DNA from: Podarcis gaigeae
Lineage: Eukaryota
Assembly (NCBI GenBank): GCA_964106915.2
Contig: OZ066916.1
Direction: 5' to 3' (one strand)
Length of the DNA: 64,000 bases
Both the position numbers and the translations under genes were made by a program. The stretch's first letter is position 1. Every line of letters begins with the position of its first letter. The notes under the pieces were generated by a model that saw only the letters and a list, made by a program, of their open reading frames with translations, did not search any database and had not been told where the DNA came from. Below, piece by piece: positions 38,386 to 50,102 of this stretch.

Positions 38386-38530
38386 CATAGCTATTTTTTC
38401 TTTTTTCAAGAAAAAAAAGGTGCCAGTACTCACCATTAAGTTGTTACATACAACTTTTAAGATTTTGGAGGGGGAGGGGAGGAAGGTGCTGGTACTGCAT
38501 ACCCTTGAATACCCGGAGGGGGGAGCTCTA
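38386..38530. mobile_element. Probable short hAT-type non-autonomous element
   Basis: Ends CATAGCT...AGCTCTA, two internal AGGTGCYRGTACT motifs, and flanks GGCTGAGG / GGCTTGGG (6/8). Confidence 0.45.
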
Positions 38531-38545
38531 GGCTTGGGGGCTATA

Positions 38546-38771
38546 CAGTGGTACCTCTGGTTACGTACTTAATTCGTTCCGGAGGCCCGTTCTTAACCTG
38601 AAACTGTTCTTAACCTGAAGCACCACTTTAGCTAATGGGGCCTCCCGCTGCTGCCGCACCGCCGGAGCACGATTTCTGTTCTCATCCTGAAGCAAAGTTC
38701 TTAACCCGGGGTACTATTTCTGGGTTAGCGGAGTCTGTAACCTGAAGCGTATGTAACCCGAGGTACCACTG
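38546..38771 (-). mobile_element. Complete Tc1/mariner-type MITE, inverted relative to 5414-5644
   Basis: TA|CAGTGGTACCTCTGGTTA...TAACCCGAGGTACCACTG|TA. The reverse complement aligns end to end with 5414-5644, and many CpGs are retained. Confidence 0.94.
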
Positions 38772-41700
38772 TATTGTATGGGAGTCCTCTGGGAAATCTC
38801 TCTCTCTAACTATAATCCAACTTTCCCCTTACTGCACTTGTCCTACAGGCCCAGCTGGCCTTGCAATACAAGAAACACAATAAAAACCTATAACAAAGAT
38901 GTAAAAAAATACAGCAATAATTATGCTCTTCCTGCCAGTTGGTAATATTTCTCCTGAACTTGGCTAAAGCACCAATCCTCTTGAAAGAAAGAAAAAGAAT
39001 CTACTGCAGGAATGTTGGCCAAGTGTCATCCTTCATATTAACTTTGAGAGAGTGATTCATGGCAACTAGAAGTTTACCTTTCACTTCAGAAACAAGATCT
39101 CATAAGTGCACTGCCTGATAATTGGTAACCCGACTCGCTACCCACAGATTTGCAGCCATGTGCAAACAAAGTTCAGCTGACTAAAGTGACTATCCAAAAT
39201 ACAATACTCAAGTTAGCTGCTGCCAGATTCAGCTCCAACATAGTTCAAAAGTCCAACCTGATCTAGATCACTGAAAGGAAGAGAGGAAACATTAATTGTT
39301 TTAGTTCTATCTCATGCCTTATTGCACTTCAGGAAAAACGAGTAACAAAACAATGGTCGATTTCACCAAGGATTTATTTTTAGCAGACAGACCCTATATT
39401 TTATCGTTCAGAGGTATGGTCATCCGATTTATTAAGAGAAAGAAGCTTTGTATCAGTTTTAAACATAAGCCACAAAAAAACCTTGCATGAAGAACTTCTT
39501 AGGTTCAGTTCATGGCTTGAAATTTTGCTGTGCTCAAGACCCTGGGAAAACTACTACTGGGTGAAGCAGATAGCAAGTACAGGACTAGAGAGACCAATGG
39601 TTGGACTTGGTATGAGGGCCAAGTTACACATTATGCTGCTTGCATGATTGTGTTTAACATGCAGGGTTGGGGGAAGAAGCAGGATTGAAACTGTGGTGTC
39701 CAGGCAGTGGCAGCACCAGAAATACTGGGGAGGGCATAAAAATGCATTTCTATGGGTGCCAATATCTGAAAAGCTCAGTTCAGTCTAATATTATGGCTAA
39801 CAAATCAAAACTAAAACATGACAACAGACTTCTCCACCCTGGTACTGTCTGATGTTTTGGACTACAACTCATCATAATCATCTCTGGCCTTTGGTCATGT
39901 GAGCTGGGGCTGATGGGAGTTGTAGGAGGGCACCACGTTGGGGAAGACTAAATTATGAATGTGGCTACAATTGCCACATAAAAGAAAAAAATACAGATAT
40001 AACACAAAATGATGTGACATGAAAAAATGGCTTCCCTTCAAGTAACTGCAGGGGTCCGGCAACAAAGAGGTGAAAATTACCCATGCAACCCTGGTGCCAG
40101 CAGCATGTGCCTATTACACTATTCAGTTCAAACACTTTCAGAGGAGTGTGCTGGACAGGATAAGACAAAGCGGTTTGCAATGAGGACAAACTTCCAGAGC
40201 TTGAAATATCTTTATTAGTAGAACAAATGACTTCAAAACAAGAAAAATGGTGGTTCAAAGGAGCACTTTGGACCAGAATTCAAATCTGGAAGAAATAAAA
40301 TGTTGACTAATGAGTTATTGAGAGTTAATGTGTTAGGAGGCCTATGTGGATTGCCAAGTACATTTCCAGTATCTTATCATGATTTATCGTAATCAGCAAT
40401 GAGCTGAAACTACCAGACTCCAATTAATTTGCTTCCTATGTCAAACTGCACAGGGGGGAGGGGGACAGAAGGGTGGTCCCACTACAGGATATGAATACAA
40501 AGTATGAGGTAAAGAAAATGATCTATTGGCTCCAACATTCAGATTACAAACATTCATATGTGTTTAGTGCAAATGAATTACTCCTCTCTTTTACTGGCAC
40601 CATTAGCTTAAAATTCAACTTAAAATCACAAATACAGAGCTACAGGTATGATTTAGGAATGTTGGATGAAACACAGTAGGCAATAAATTATTTGGGGTTT
40701 TCTTTCTAAAGTATATCTACTTAGAATTAAGCCCCAATAGTCTTATTGCCTCCTTTAGACTAATTGGAACAACTCCCTCTCACAGGGGAGGTGTTAACAA
40801 CTGCCCTTGGACTCTTGGCAAGTCCATCTCTGGCTGCCTTAACCAAACAAGAAGGAAAAGAGATATGTGCACTGGTCATTATGGTTTTACATCTCCAAGT
40901 ATCCTATCTACAGTACTTGGACTGTACAAACAGAAAAATGTCCACAGCATTAGGACAAACAGGCAAGGACAAATTTGCTTTGCCCCAGCTATGGGGGTCT
41001 TTCCCAGATATAGGGTGCCAGATATTGTTGGACTACAACTCCTGTTACCACTGGCCATGCTGGCTAGGAAAGATGAGGACTGCAATCTACCAGGGGACCC
41101 AAGATTTAGTGGTGTCTAATTCAGAATGTATATGGACAACCTTAGCCACAAATTCCTTTACAAACCAGACACAATGGGTGACTGTAGTGGACGTCTTCAA
41201 CAATTTGTGGGCTAAGATCTAACAGTCCAATGAACTATGTTTCCATGTTTTTTTCAGGTCTGTGTACCATACTCTGAAAAGTCTCATGTTTTTCTGTTTG
41301 ATTCTGAAATCTCTTGCTTCAGTCATCAAGTAACCCAGTAGCATTACTGAGATAGGAAAGTAAAGAAACAACAGTTAACTCTACTTTTTCCACCAGTATT
41401 TAGGTCACCATGATGTATGTATCAGGGCTGGTAGTTTCTTTTGCATTTAGAGAAAATAAGCAACCACCTTGTCTTTCAAATGTTTCGTATCCTTTACAGG
41501 AAATTACCAACAATAACTTGCCTGTATCACATGCACAGAAATCCAATCTATTGTCTCTCTTTATCAATCCGGATCATTATTTTCCTTAAGCAGCCAAGTT
41601 CTGATACTACTTGATCACTTGACCAGTACCCCCTAACTCTCTGCCTTTTTCTCTTTTCTTGCTATCTGCTTAAACTAACCTCTACCTGCAGAAAGGTGAG

Positions 41701-44700
41701 ACAAAAGAAACAGCATCAAAGAAAAGCTCGAGGGAAAGCATACAAATTATATATTATTCAGTGCCAGCTGAAAAGTAAACATTTGGTGTGTGTCACAGAA
41801 TTAGGTTAAAGGTGGGAAGAAGGGGAGAGGAAATTTGCTTTCGAGACCAAATTTTAAACCCATATGATTTGAAAAGGTCTGGCATTAAGGAAAAATAATC
41901 TAAAAAGAAACCCAAAATAAAGCAAAAAGCATAGCAGAGGTGAAAAAGGGAAGCTCAGTGGAAACTGGGCAGAAAAAGCTTTGTTTCCAAATACATACAC
42001 ACTAGAGCAAATGGAGTTGTGTTTCTAAATAATTTCCATCTCATTTACACTGCAGTACTATAGTGACAATCAGGAGCATTTCATCAACCAGCTAGCAACA
42101 GTAGATATGCAAAAGAGAGCAGGCTGGAGATCCAACTGTTACAAGTGTGCAGACTTTTAAAATAAAAAAAACCCCAACCAACCAGAAAAATCTAACGTTC
42201 AGATTTAGTACCTATATTAGCAAATATGCAAATACATTTTTTTCTCTGTCTGTTTCGCAAAATAAATATGATGTAGCTAAATGCAACAACAACAAAAAAG
42301 TTTTGCTGCCTTATTATTTCTCAGAAAATGCTGAGAGTTAACATTATCTAATTATGCAAAACTATAATACAAAAATTGATTTCTTGTTTGCTGTATTAGT
42401 TCTATTTTTATTATAAGACAGTTCTGAATTGCTCCCCCCCTTAAATTAGATTTTTAATGAATCTTTCCCAAAGAAAAACAATTAAATTAATTATAAAGAA
42501 TGCAAAAAATTTCAACCTGCATAGGTATTTTTCAGGCATAACACAAAACCTAATTAAGTAGAATGCAAACCTCATTCAGTGGTGATATTTCATTAAGCAA
42601 TGCATGGAAAACTTCAAATTGAACTTAAGGCAAGTATATAATACTAATAATTCAAATCGAAGTGGCCAGATAAATCCAAGCAGCTATGAATAAAGGGATG
42701 AAATATTAAGAAAGTTCTACTAAATGTCAATCTGCTGTTTCCCTGTTTTTTTCTGTCACATCTACCTGGAATAAATTATCCCAGACACTAGGGGTAGCCA
42801 ATTTTGGACTACAGATGCCAGCATCTTTGACTATTGGTCATGTTGGCTAGAGGTGTGGAAACTGGAGCCCAGGAACATCTGAAGGGCACCACCTTGTCCA
42901 CTGCAGCAATAGACATTGACATTAGGCACTGCTGAATTACAGTTTTTTTAAATCAGTATAGCATAAGCCAGCAGAAGATTCTCTAAGTCATATGTATCCT
43001 TTTTGAGTTTTTGTAGTGATTGCAGGAATCATGGGGTTTGAATGACCTATTATATACAGTAGTATATAATATACAGTAGTAACAGTCACAGAATGACTTC
43101 AACATATGCGAGCAGTGCTCATGAATGAGGAAGGACAGTTGAATATGATAAAGATCACCACAGGGGCATAGGTAAACTTTATCAGCACAGAGGCACAGGT
43201 AAGTCTGAACCTATGGAATATTTTATGTTTTCCAAAGGTATCTTCAATTTCACCAGCTCTAACCACTATTGGGGCTTCAGTCTTTGCTTAGTGAGTTACT
43301 TGTCCATACATGTTTCCCTCTGTCCATCCTGCAGACAAACACAACAAACAGGGACCTGAAGACTTTCTTTACAGAATCTCAATCACTAATTTCACCCAGA
43401 AAATATTCTGATTACGCAGAGATTGTGCTTTAATGCCCCACAAATTACTGGCTGATCATTATACAGCAGGATGGAATTGCTTTCATTTTGTTGTGCTATA
43501 TATGCCATGGGATTCCGCATCTAGGGATGCAGAAACTGTATGTCAAAAGTGGGGCTATATGGAAAGAACCAGACCAATAGTCACATCTAATCTAACATGT
43601 TTCTTCTCATGTGATTCCACCAGGGCAGGGTTGGGGGCCTCAGGCTTCAGTGGGTGGTGCAAACAGTGGTTCTCTATCCATCCCTGGAGACTCTTTCAAG
43701 TCCACACCCTCACTCGCTTTGCTTCAAACCCTCTGCAAGTGCTTTGGCCTGGCTGAAATGTATTCCTGAACATCAATATTATCTTTTGCTTGCCTGAATG
43801 GAGGATGAAGAGACGTGCATGCAGAAATCTCTGGAAGTTTTGCACAGCTGGAATTTTGCATGCACTGCGATGTTAAGAATTGCACATGTTGCTATGCTTA
43901 CCTTTTACCTCCACCGCCCTCCATCATTGGCATGGCCTAGAAGGTTCCCCATGAGAGAGTGTGGCTCTCATGCTTTAAAAGAGTCCTCAACCCCATAATA
44001 GGATCACCAATTATTGTAGCATCCTCTGGTCCTGAATATAGTACGACATGATCGTGTTTATTTCTGTGCCATGGAAGGTTTCCACATCTGAATTTCTGCA
44101 GGAATCATGACTCCCATTTTTCACAAAACTCAAAATTGACCCTAAAATGGGACATGTTTACTGACTTGAGGTGGGAAATTTTGTCATATGTAGCCTCATC
44201 TCTTGCTATCTAGATGTTAGAGAAAAGTAGCACTGCTGTTTGGATTGCCAGAGATAGCAACCTATGGACTAAAGCTGCAATTTACTGCTCATTTACTCCA
44301 CAGGAGGCCCTCAAAGCTCAAGAACACCATCTCTAGTCAGAGGGCTATGACCAAAGGATAATTATACCCCCAAAGAGGAGGGAGTGGGTAAGAATGTCTT
44401 AGTCTCCCAGGCCAATTAGGTTTAGCTTTGAACTCAATGGTGATTATGAGCCTAAAGTGTATCTAGATAACATTTCTGCTATTGACAGAAAGATAAAGTA
44501 AGTGGTGAATGAACCGACGTTGAATTATTAACGTCACATTAGAGAAAACAGGAGAGGGTAGAATCTCAGCATTTTCTCCTTGATGTGTTGCTGGCAGTCT
44601 AAAAGAAGGAGAGAGTAATAACTAGTTAGTCTAAGTGATGGCTTTCTACCAGACAGTAATAATATTGTCTGGCTTTTGTAGACTACTGCCACACTGTTCA

Positions 44701-45329
44701 CATCTTGTGCCTGGAGAAGTTTATTTGTTCAGTTGCAACTGAAATAACTAGCAGAGGGGAAAACAACAGCATCCTCAACATAAAGAAGATATGCACTTTA
44801 TTGGAATGAGGAAGTTCCCTGCCAACAAGCAAGGAGACTTCGGTCTTCTCTCACAGGAAGGCAGATTTTGAACAGCGCTTCAGTGTGCCATCTCTTCTTA
44901 ACACAGGCTTCTGAAGAAATATCCTCCCACTGAGGCAAATAAAAGCACATGAAAACTTTAACACTGTTGGAGGGAGGGAGAATGAAAATATATACATTTC
45001 TCCACATAAACTGAAGGATGCTATAGAAATAGTGGTTGCTCAGTTTATGGGGCCCAGTAAAAAAATAGACTCTCCAAAAAATGTAGTTCCCATAATGGAT
45101 TAGTATAAAGATTTATATATTAACACAGTACTTAATTAAGGAATTAGGATTCCTTTGATACAGGCTTAGCTAAATATTACCACAACCTGCTTTACAAGCA
45201 AAGACAATTATTTCCCATTTCAGTCACTACATTGGTGACTGCATATATTAGCAGTTTCAAATTTCACACACAGACACAAAGGTAACACACCACCATATAT
45301 AGAGAGAAAGATGGGGGGAGGGAGAGGAA

Positions 45330-45333
<4 letters not shown>

Positions 45334-45379
<46 letters not shown>
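45334..45379. repeat. (GA)23 microsatellite within an almost pure-purine tract (45301-45381)
   Basis: Read directly from the sequence. Confidence 0.97.
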
Positions 45380-45381
<2 letters not shown>

Positions 45382-46223
45382 CTGAAGTAGTATGTGTCAA
45401 AGGGATTGACTCTCGCTTTCATGTTAGGAAAGAAAATAGTCATGCATGATGACTACTTAGAGGGTGTAGTTGGTTAGGTCATAATGTTAGCGCCTCAATG
45501 TTGGACTGGAAAATTTCTGTCTTGTTTGTTCTTCCTGAGACAGCCACTAATGAAACATCATTCACTGTCAGGCCATTTTTCTTTTCTTTAAATATAACCT
45601 GTCTAAGGAAAGTAGGTTTTTTATATTTTAGAAAATATAAGATTTCTAAACTTCATATAGATAAATGACCACAAATGTTGCAAAATTTGAGAGGTAGAAA
45701 GTCTGTCAACCCAACTATGACTGACAAGTTATTATGTCCAGGCCTTGATTCAAATCCACCCCAGCCATTTCCACTTAGAAGCCTGATCCAAAATTCATCC
45801 TCCTTTTCTCTCTTGCATAATTTAAACACCAACTGGACTACATGTACCAATGGTCAAAGGCCATAAAATGAACCTCAGTGTTAAATAGCTCTCAAGTCAA
45901 AACACCTCTAGCCAAAAATTAAGTTTCTTTCCCACTTCCCATCAGTTTCATTTGCAAAAAGGTTAGCAGATAGCCACTGATAAGCTCTGTAAAATGGCCC
46001 TTGCAAGTTGCAATTTTGCTGAGAGGTAGGCAGCAGTAACAACTCAGGCAAACATCCTAGGCTTTGTTTGGGCTGTCTTGAGAGTGGGGGCTGTGGAGTC
46101 CCACAGTTAGCCCTCAAAGCCCACAACTAGCAGAGTTAAAGGAAGAATAGGTAATCTTCCCAAAATTGTTTAGCTTCCCTCAGGTCCCTCAGTTGTTTTG
46201 CATGGCAGGACCCTCCCAATGTA

Positions 46224-46392
46224 CCGTATTTTTCGCTCTATAACACGCACCCGACCATAACACACACGTAGTTTTTAGAGGAGGAAAATCCGTAGGCATG
46301 CCACCCGTAGGCATTCCCTCCATAATATGCACAGACATTTCCCCTTACTTTTTAGGAGGAAAAAAGTGAGTGTTATGGTGCAAAAAATACGG
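46224..46392. mobile_element. Tc2/pogo-like MITE, 169 bp
   Basis: TA|CCGTATTTTTCGCTCTATAACACGCAC ... GTGAGTGTTATGGTGCAAAAAATACGG|TA; imperfect 27-bp TIRs with a TA TSD. Confidence 0.88.
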
Positions 46393-46402
46393 TACTTTAA
46401 AT

Positions 46403-46539
46403 CAGTGTTGAGGAACCTGTGGCCCTCCACGTGTTGCTGAACTCCAGCTCTTGTCTTCCTTGACTATAAGTCATTCAGGTTGAAGCTGGTGGGAGCTGCA
46501 GTCTAACAACATCTGTACAACTGCACATTCCCTACCCTG
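46403..46539. mobile_element. hAT palindromic MITE (family of 6501-6638)
   Basis: CAGTGTTGAGGAA...TTCCCTACCCTG termini; flanks CTTTAAAT / TTTCAAAT (6/8). Confidence 0.65.
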
Positions 46540-48042
46540 TTTCAAATTCTGCTTTGGGAAAATTTGTTAGAAACTCTTGATTAGAAAAACAACAACACAA
46601 ATAGCCTACACAGGGCTATTCTTCCAGATTATGTTAAGTGCAGGGTTAGAAAGCAGGCAGTATAAAGTATAACAAATCACATTTGTTTTCATTTTCTTCT
46701 GGGCACATACAATAAATCTTGAGTGCGCACATTTTGAGTGTTTATTTATACCAATAAAAAAGCACTGAAAAATTAACAAACACTCTTTGTAATTTTTCTT
46801 TTGAATCCCCTTCTGCAGTAAATCATAGCCAAATAAAATAACTCAAATCCAGATGAACTTCTTAGTCACATATTTTACAGCTCTGTGGAGCTGCAGCACT
46901 AACAACGTAATGAGTTATTTTGAGAAGGCCCTTTCTAAATGAACAAGCATTGTTTATTTGTCCTGTATCAGCACTTGGAAAGACTTGGAGGAGCTCAAGA
47001 CCCCATCTATTTCCTTCAGAACAACAGTCCCTTAAAAAGGAATTGCGCAAATAGAATAAAACAAGATCCATCCTGAAGGTCTTTTACAGTCTAAACAAGG
47101 ATGTTAGATGACGATGAATCAGCTCTCAAAAACTGCAGAAAAGAAAGAATGACACCCATTGCAGTTGCCTACAGCAGAAGCCATACCATTAGGTTTGCTG
47201 GCAGACCATTTCCATTTGCTGCCTCCTCTAAATAATTTTGTAGCATTAGGAATTGGAACCTTAGTTTGCTACTTTCCCTCCCCCCCCCCCTTTATCTTCC
47301 CCCATTCTTTTGTGTACAATGCCTAGATTGCAAGCATGAACCCAAGGACTTTCTTGTTTTTAACGGGTCTTATGTAAGCTGAAAAGCTGGGTAACAATGC
47401 TTTAAAGATATGAATAAACCAAGTAACTTGAAGCCACAAACCCAAAATACTTACTTTGGTGACTATATATGCAAGGCAGCATAATGCCATTGCATGAATT
47501 CATGTGGCAATGCAGCAGGGACTGCTCTCTAAAGGATGTCTGTATTTGCTGGGAAAGCAAGTCGTAGGGTTGAGCTGTAAATTAATTGTCAAAAGCGCAA
47601 AGGCCTCGAGAACAGATTTATATTTCTGTCCCAGTTCGCCTTCTGATGGCTTTTCTTAAGGAAGATTTAGACCAATATTGAGGTTAATAAATTGATTTGT
47701 GAGCCCTAGGTTACTGGCGACAAATTAAACAAGTTTATAATAGTCTTTTCTGTCACACCTAGCCATAATTACTTAGTGGAGCATACCAGGAAGCATTTAA
47801 TAATGTAGAATAAAAAAAACATATTTTAAGGGAAATATTGCCTTAGGGTTGTGATGGCCAACTGCTCCCCCCCCTTCACCAGATGACTTTATTATTGGAA
47901 AAGAAGGAGTGTTGTTGTACTATTCCTTTTGCACCATTGAGACATTGGCAGTCTCTCATTAAATGCACTCAGTGTGAAGATACTTTGCAAGTGGTGCTGG
48001 GGCAGCTGAGTAAAAGATTAACATTTTCAGCTGAATATACAG

Positions 48043-48196
48043 CAGGGGTAGCCAACATGGCGCGCGCACGCACGCACACACACACAGATTTTGTTGGACC
48101 ACAATTCCCATTATCTTCGGAAATTGGCTGTGCTGGGTGTGGCACTGGGAATTGTGGTTTAACTACATCTGGAGGGTACCACATTGGGTACCCTTG
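48043..48196. mobile_element. hAT palindromic MITE with an internal CG/CA microsatellite
   Basis: CAGGGGTAGCCAAC...TTGGGTACCCTTG termini; inverted arms ACCACAATTCCCA / TGGGAATTGTGGT. Confidence 0.72.
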
Positions 48197-48219
48197 ATAT
48201 TTGATTCACATATAATAAA

Positions 48220-48284
48220 ATCATAGAACTGTAGATTTGTGAGTGACCCCCAAGGGTCGCCGAGTCCAACCCCTTGCAATGCAG
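48220..48284 (-). mobile_element. CR1 extreme 3' end fragment
   Basis: ATCATAGAACTGTAGA...AAGGGTCGCCGAGTCCAACCCCTTGCAATGCAG, same family as 24601-24661. Confidence 0.82.
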
Positions 48285-49821
48285 TAATAACCCCCTGCAA
48301 TATCCTACTTTCTCTCTCCTTATCTGCTGTATAATTAAAAGCAACTCCAACCCTTCACCCAGCAAAGGAAATGTTCATCTTTCCACAGCACTATTGCCTG
48401 GGTTTTATTTGATCTCCCTATTACTTGGCAAATCCCTACAGGTTTCTCTCTGTGTTAAATGGCTGATTGTTAGTAGGTGCCTATAAAGTAGTAGTGTCTA
48501 TAAAGCATCCACAGAACCCAGCCTTTTGCCTTTCTAATCCTGTCAATTAACAAGACACCACTATATGTTCCAGTTTTTGACTCTGAATTGCACATATATA
48601 TATTCAATTAAAAAAATCTTTCCATCACCATCTAGATTAGAAAACCACTTTCATTTCCAAAACAATCAAAATTTCAATAAGAACAGTTACAAAACAAAAT
48701 GGCAAATTTGGAAACCTTCAAATATACTACAAAAATTATATTATCAGGATTTGAACTTTGTAGCATGAGCTTCTCTCTAAGGTCTTCTGAAGCAGTATCA
48801 TATGAATGATCATCTGTGTCACCTCTTTTACTGCTGCAGTAGAGTCTTTGGATTAATGTGCTCAATACATTTTCTGGCTACAGATACTGCTCTTCTCAGA
48901 AATGTGATCTATTGACTAGATGCCCACACATCTGATAAATCACTGTGGTCTAAATGCAGCTGGGGCTCTCCTCTTGTCTGGAAGGATACAAACTGGGAGA
49001 AAAATCTGTAAATGTATAGAAGACATAATACCCATACTCTTCTCACCTGCACTGATGAATGGCTTTTCAATGGTGTGTGTATGTAAATTAAATTAGGTCA
49101 TTTTTATCTACTTGCATGCAGAGAAAATACTCCCATTTTTTATCATCATGTTCGGATTGCTTTCTTGCCATTACAGGAGTCTTAAAGAAAGGCTAAATCC
49201 AGCATTTAGCCACAGTCTCAAATATTAAAGATATTTGTATCCGATGTGAGTTTTACTACCAGCTATAGAAATCTTCACATGCATCACTTTCTAGGTCTCT
49301 CTAGCAGTTCTAGATCTGAGGCCCATCTTAAATTCCAAAAGTAATCCCTGCTCTAGAAAAATCTCTAAATGGACTGTGCAGTTCTGCATTATTTTCATGT
49401 ATTTGAAGTGGCAACTTCCTTGCACCTTTAGCCACTTTCATTACTTTGCTTCCTCTCTAGGACCTCAAAATAATATAGCATAATCTTCATCTGGATCTAT
49501 TCCCTAACAGAGAGCCAGACTTGACAAATGAGGGTGGTGGGGAGTCCAACTTTTTTGAAAGTTGAAATTCAGTATAACCTTCACAATGACCCTCTTAATT
49601 ATAGATGCCAATCTGTGTAGTGTACAACATTGCAACTAGCAAGACATATTTATTAATTTATTATATTTATTCATCACTTTTGAGTGCAGGTATTAGCATA
49701 CCATAGCAAAACAGCCCCCCCATCCCCTATGTGTGTGAACTTGGACCTTTCAAAACATGGCGGTAAACTCCCCAAACTCAATGACAGAGGCTGTTAAGCA
49801 AGTATAAGGAATAGATAGTGT

Positions 49822-49980
49822 NNNNNNNNNNNNNNNNNNNNNNNNNNNNNNNNNNNNNNNNNNNNNNNNNNNNNNNNNNNNNNNNNNNNNNNNNNNNNNN
49901 NNNNNNNNNNNNNNNNNNNNNNNNNNNNNNNNNNNNNNNNNNNNNNNNNNNNNNNNNNNNNNNNNNNNNNNNNNNNNNNN
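49822..49980. other. Assembly gap (159 N)
   Basis: Run of n characters. Confidence 1.
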
Positions 49981-50102
49981 TGCATGCACACGAAAGCTTA
50001 TAACAAGAACAAACTTAGCTGGTCTCTAAGGTGCTACTGGACAATTTAATTTTTTTATATCTATATTTCAACTGTGTCAGACCAACACGCCTACCTACCT
50101 GA
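49981..50102 (+). mobile_element. Penelope-like retroelement terminal repeat, cut by the gap
   Basis: TGCATGCACACGAAAGCTTATAACAAGAACAAACTTAGCTGGTCTCTAAGGTGCTACTGG...CAGACCAACACGCCTACCTACCTG matches the lacertid Penelope end as I recall it. ATAAGGAAT occurs on both sides (49804-49812, 50103-50111). Confidence 0.75.

Noticed and set aside
49750-50003. ORFs containing X runs
   Set aside because: Artefacts of translating the N gap.
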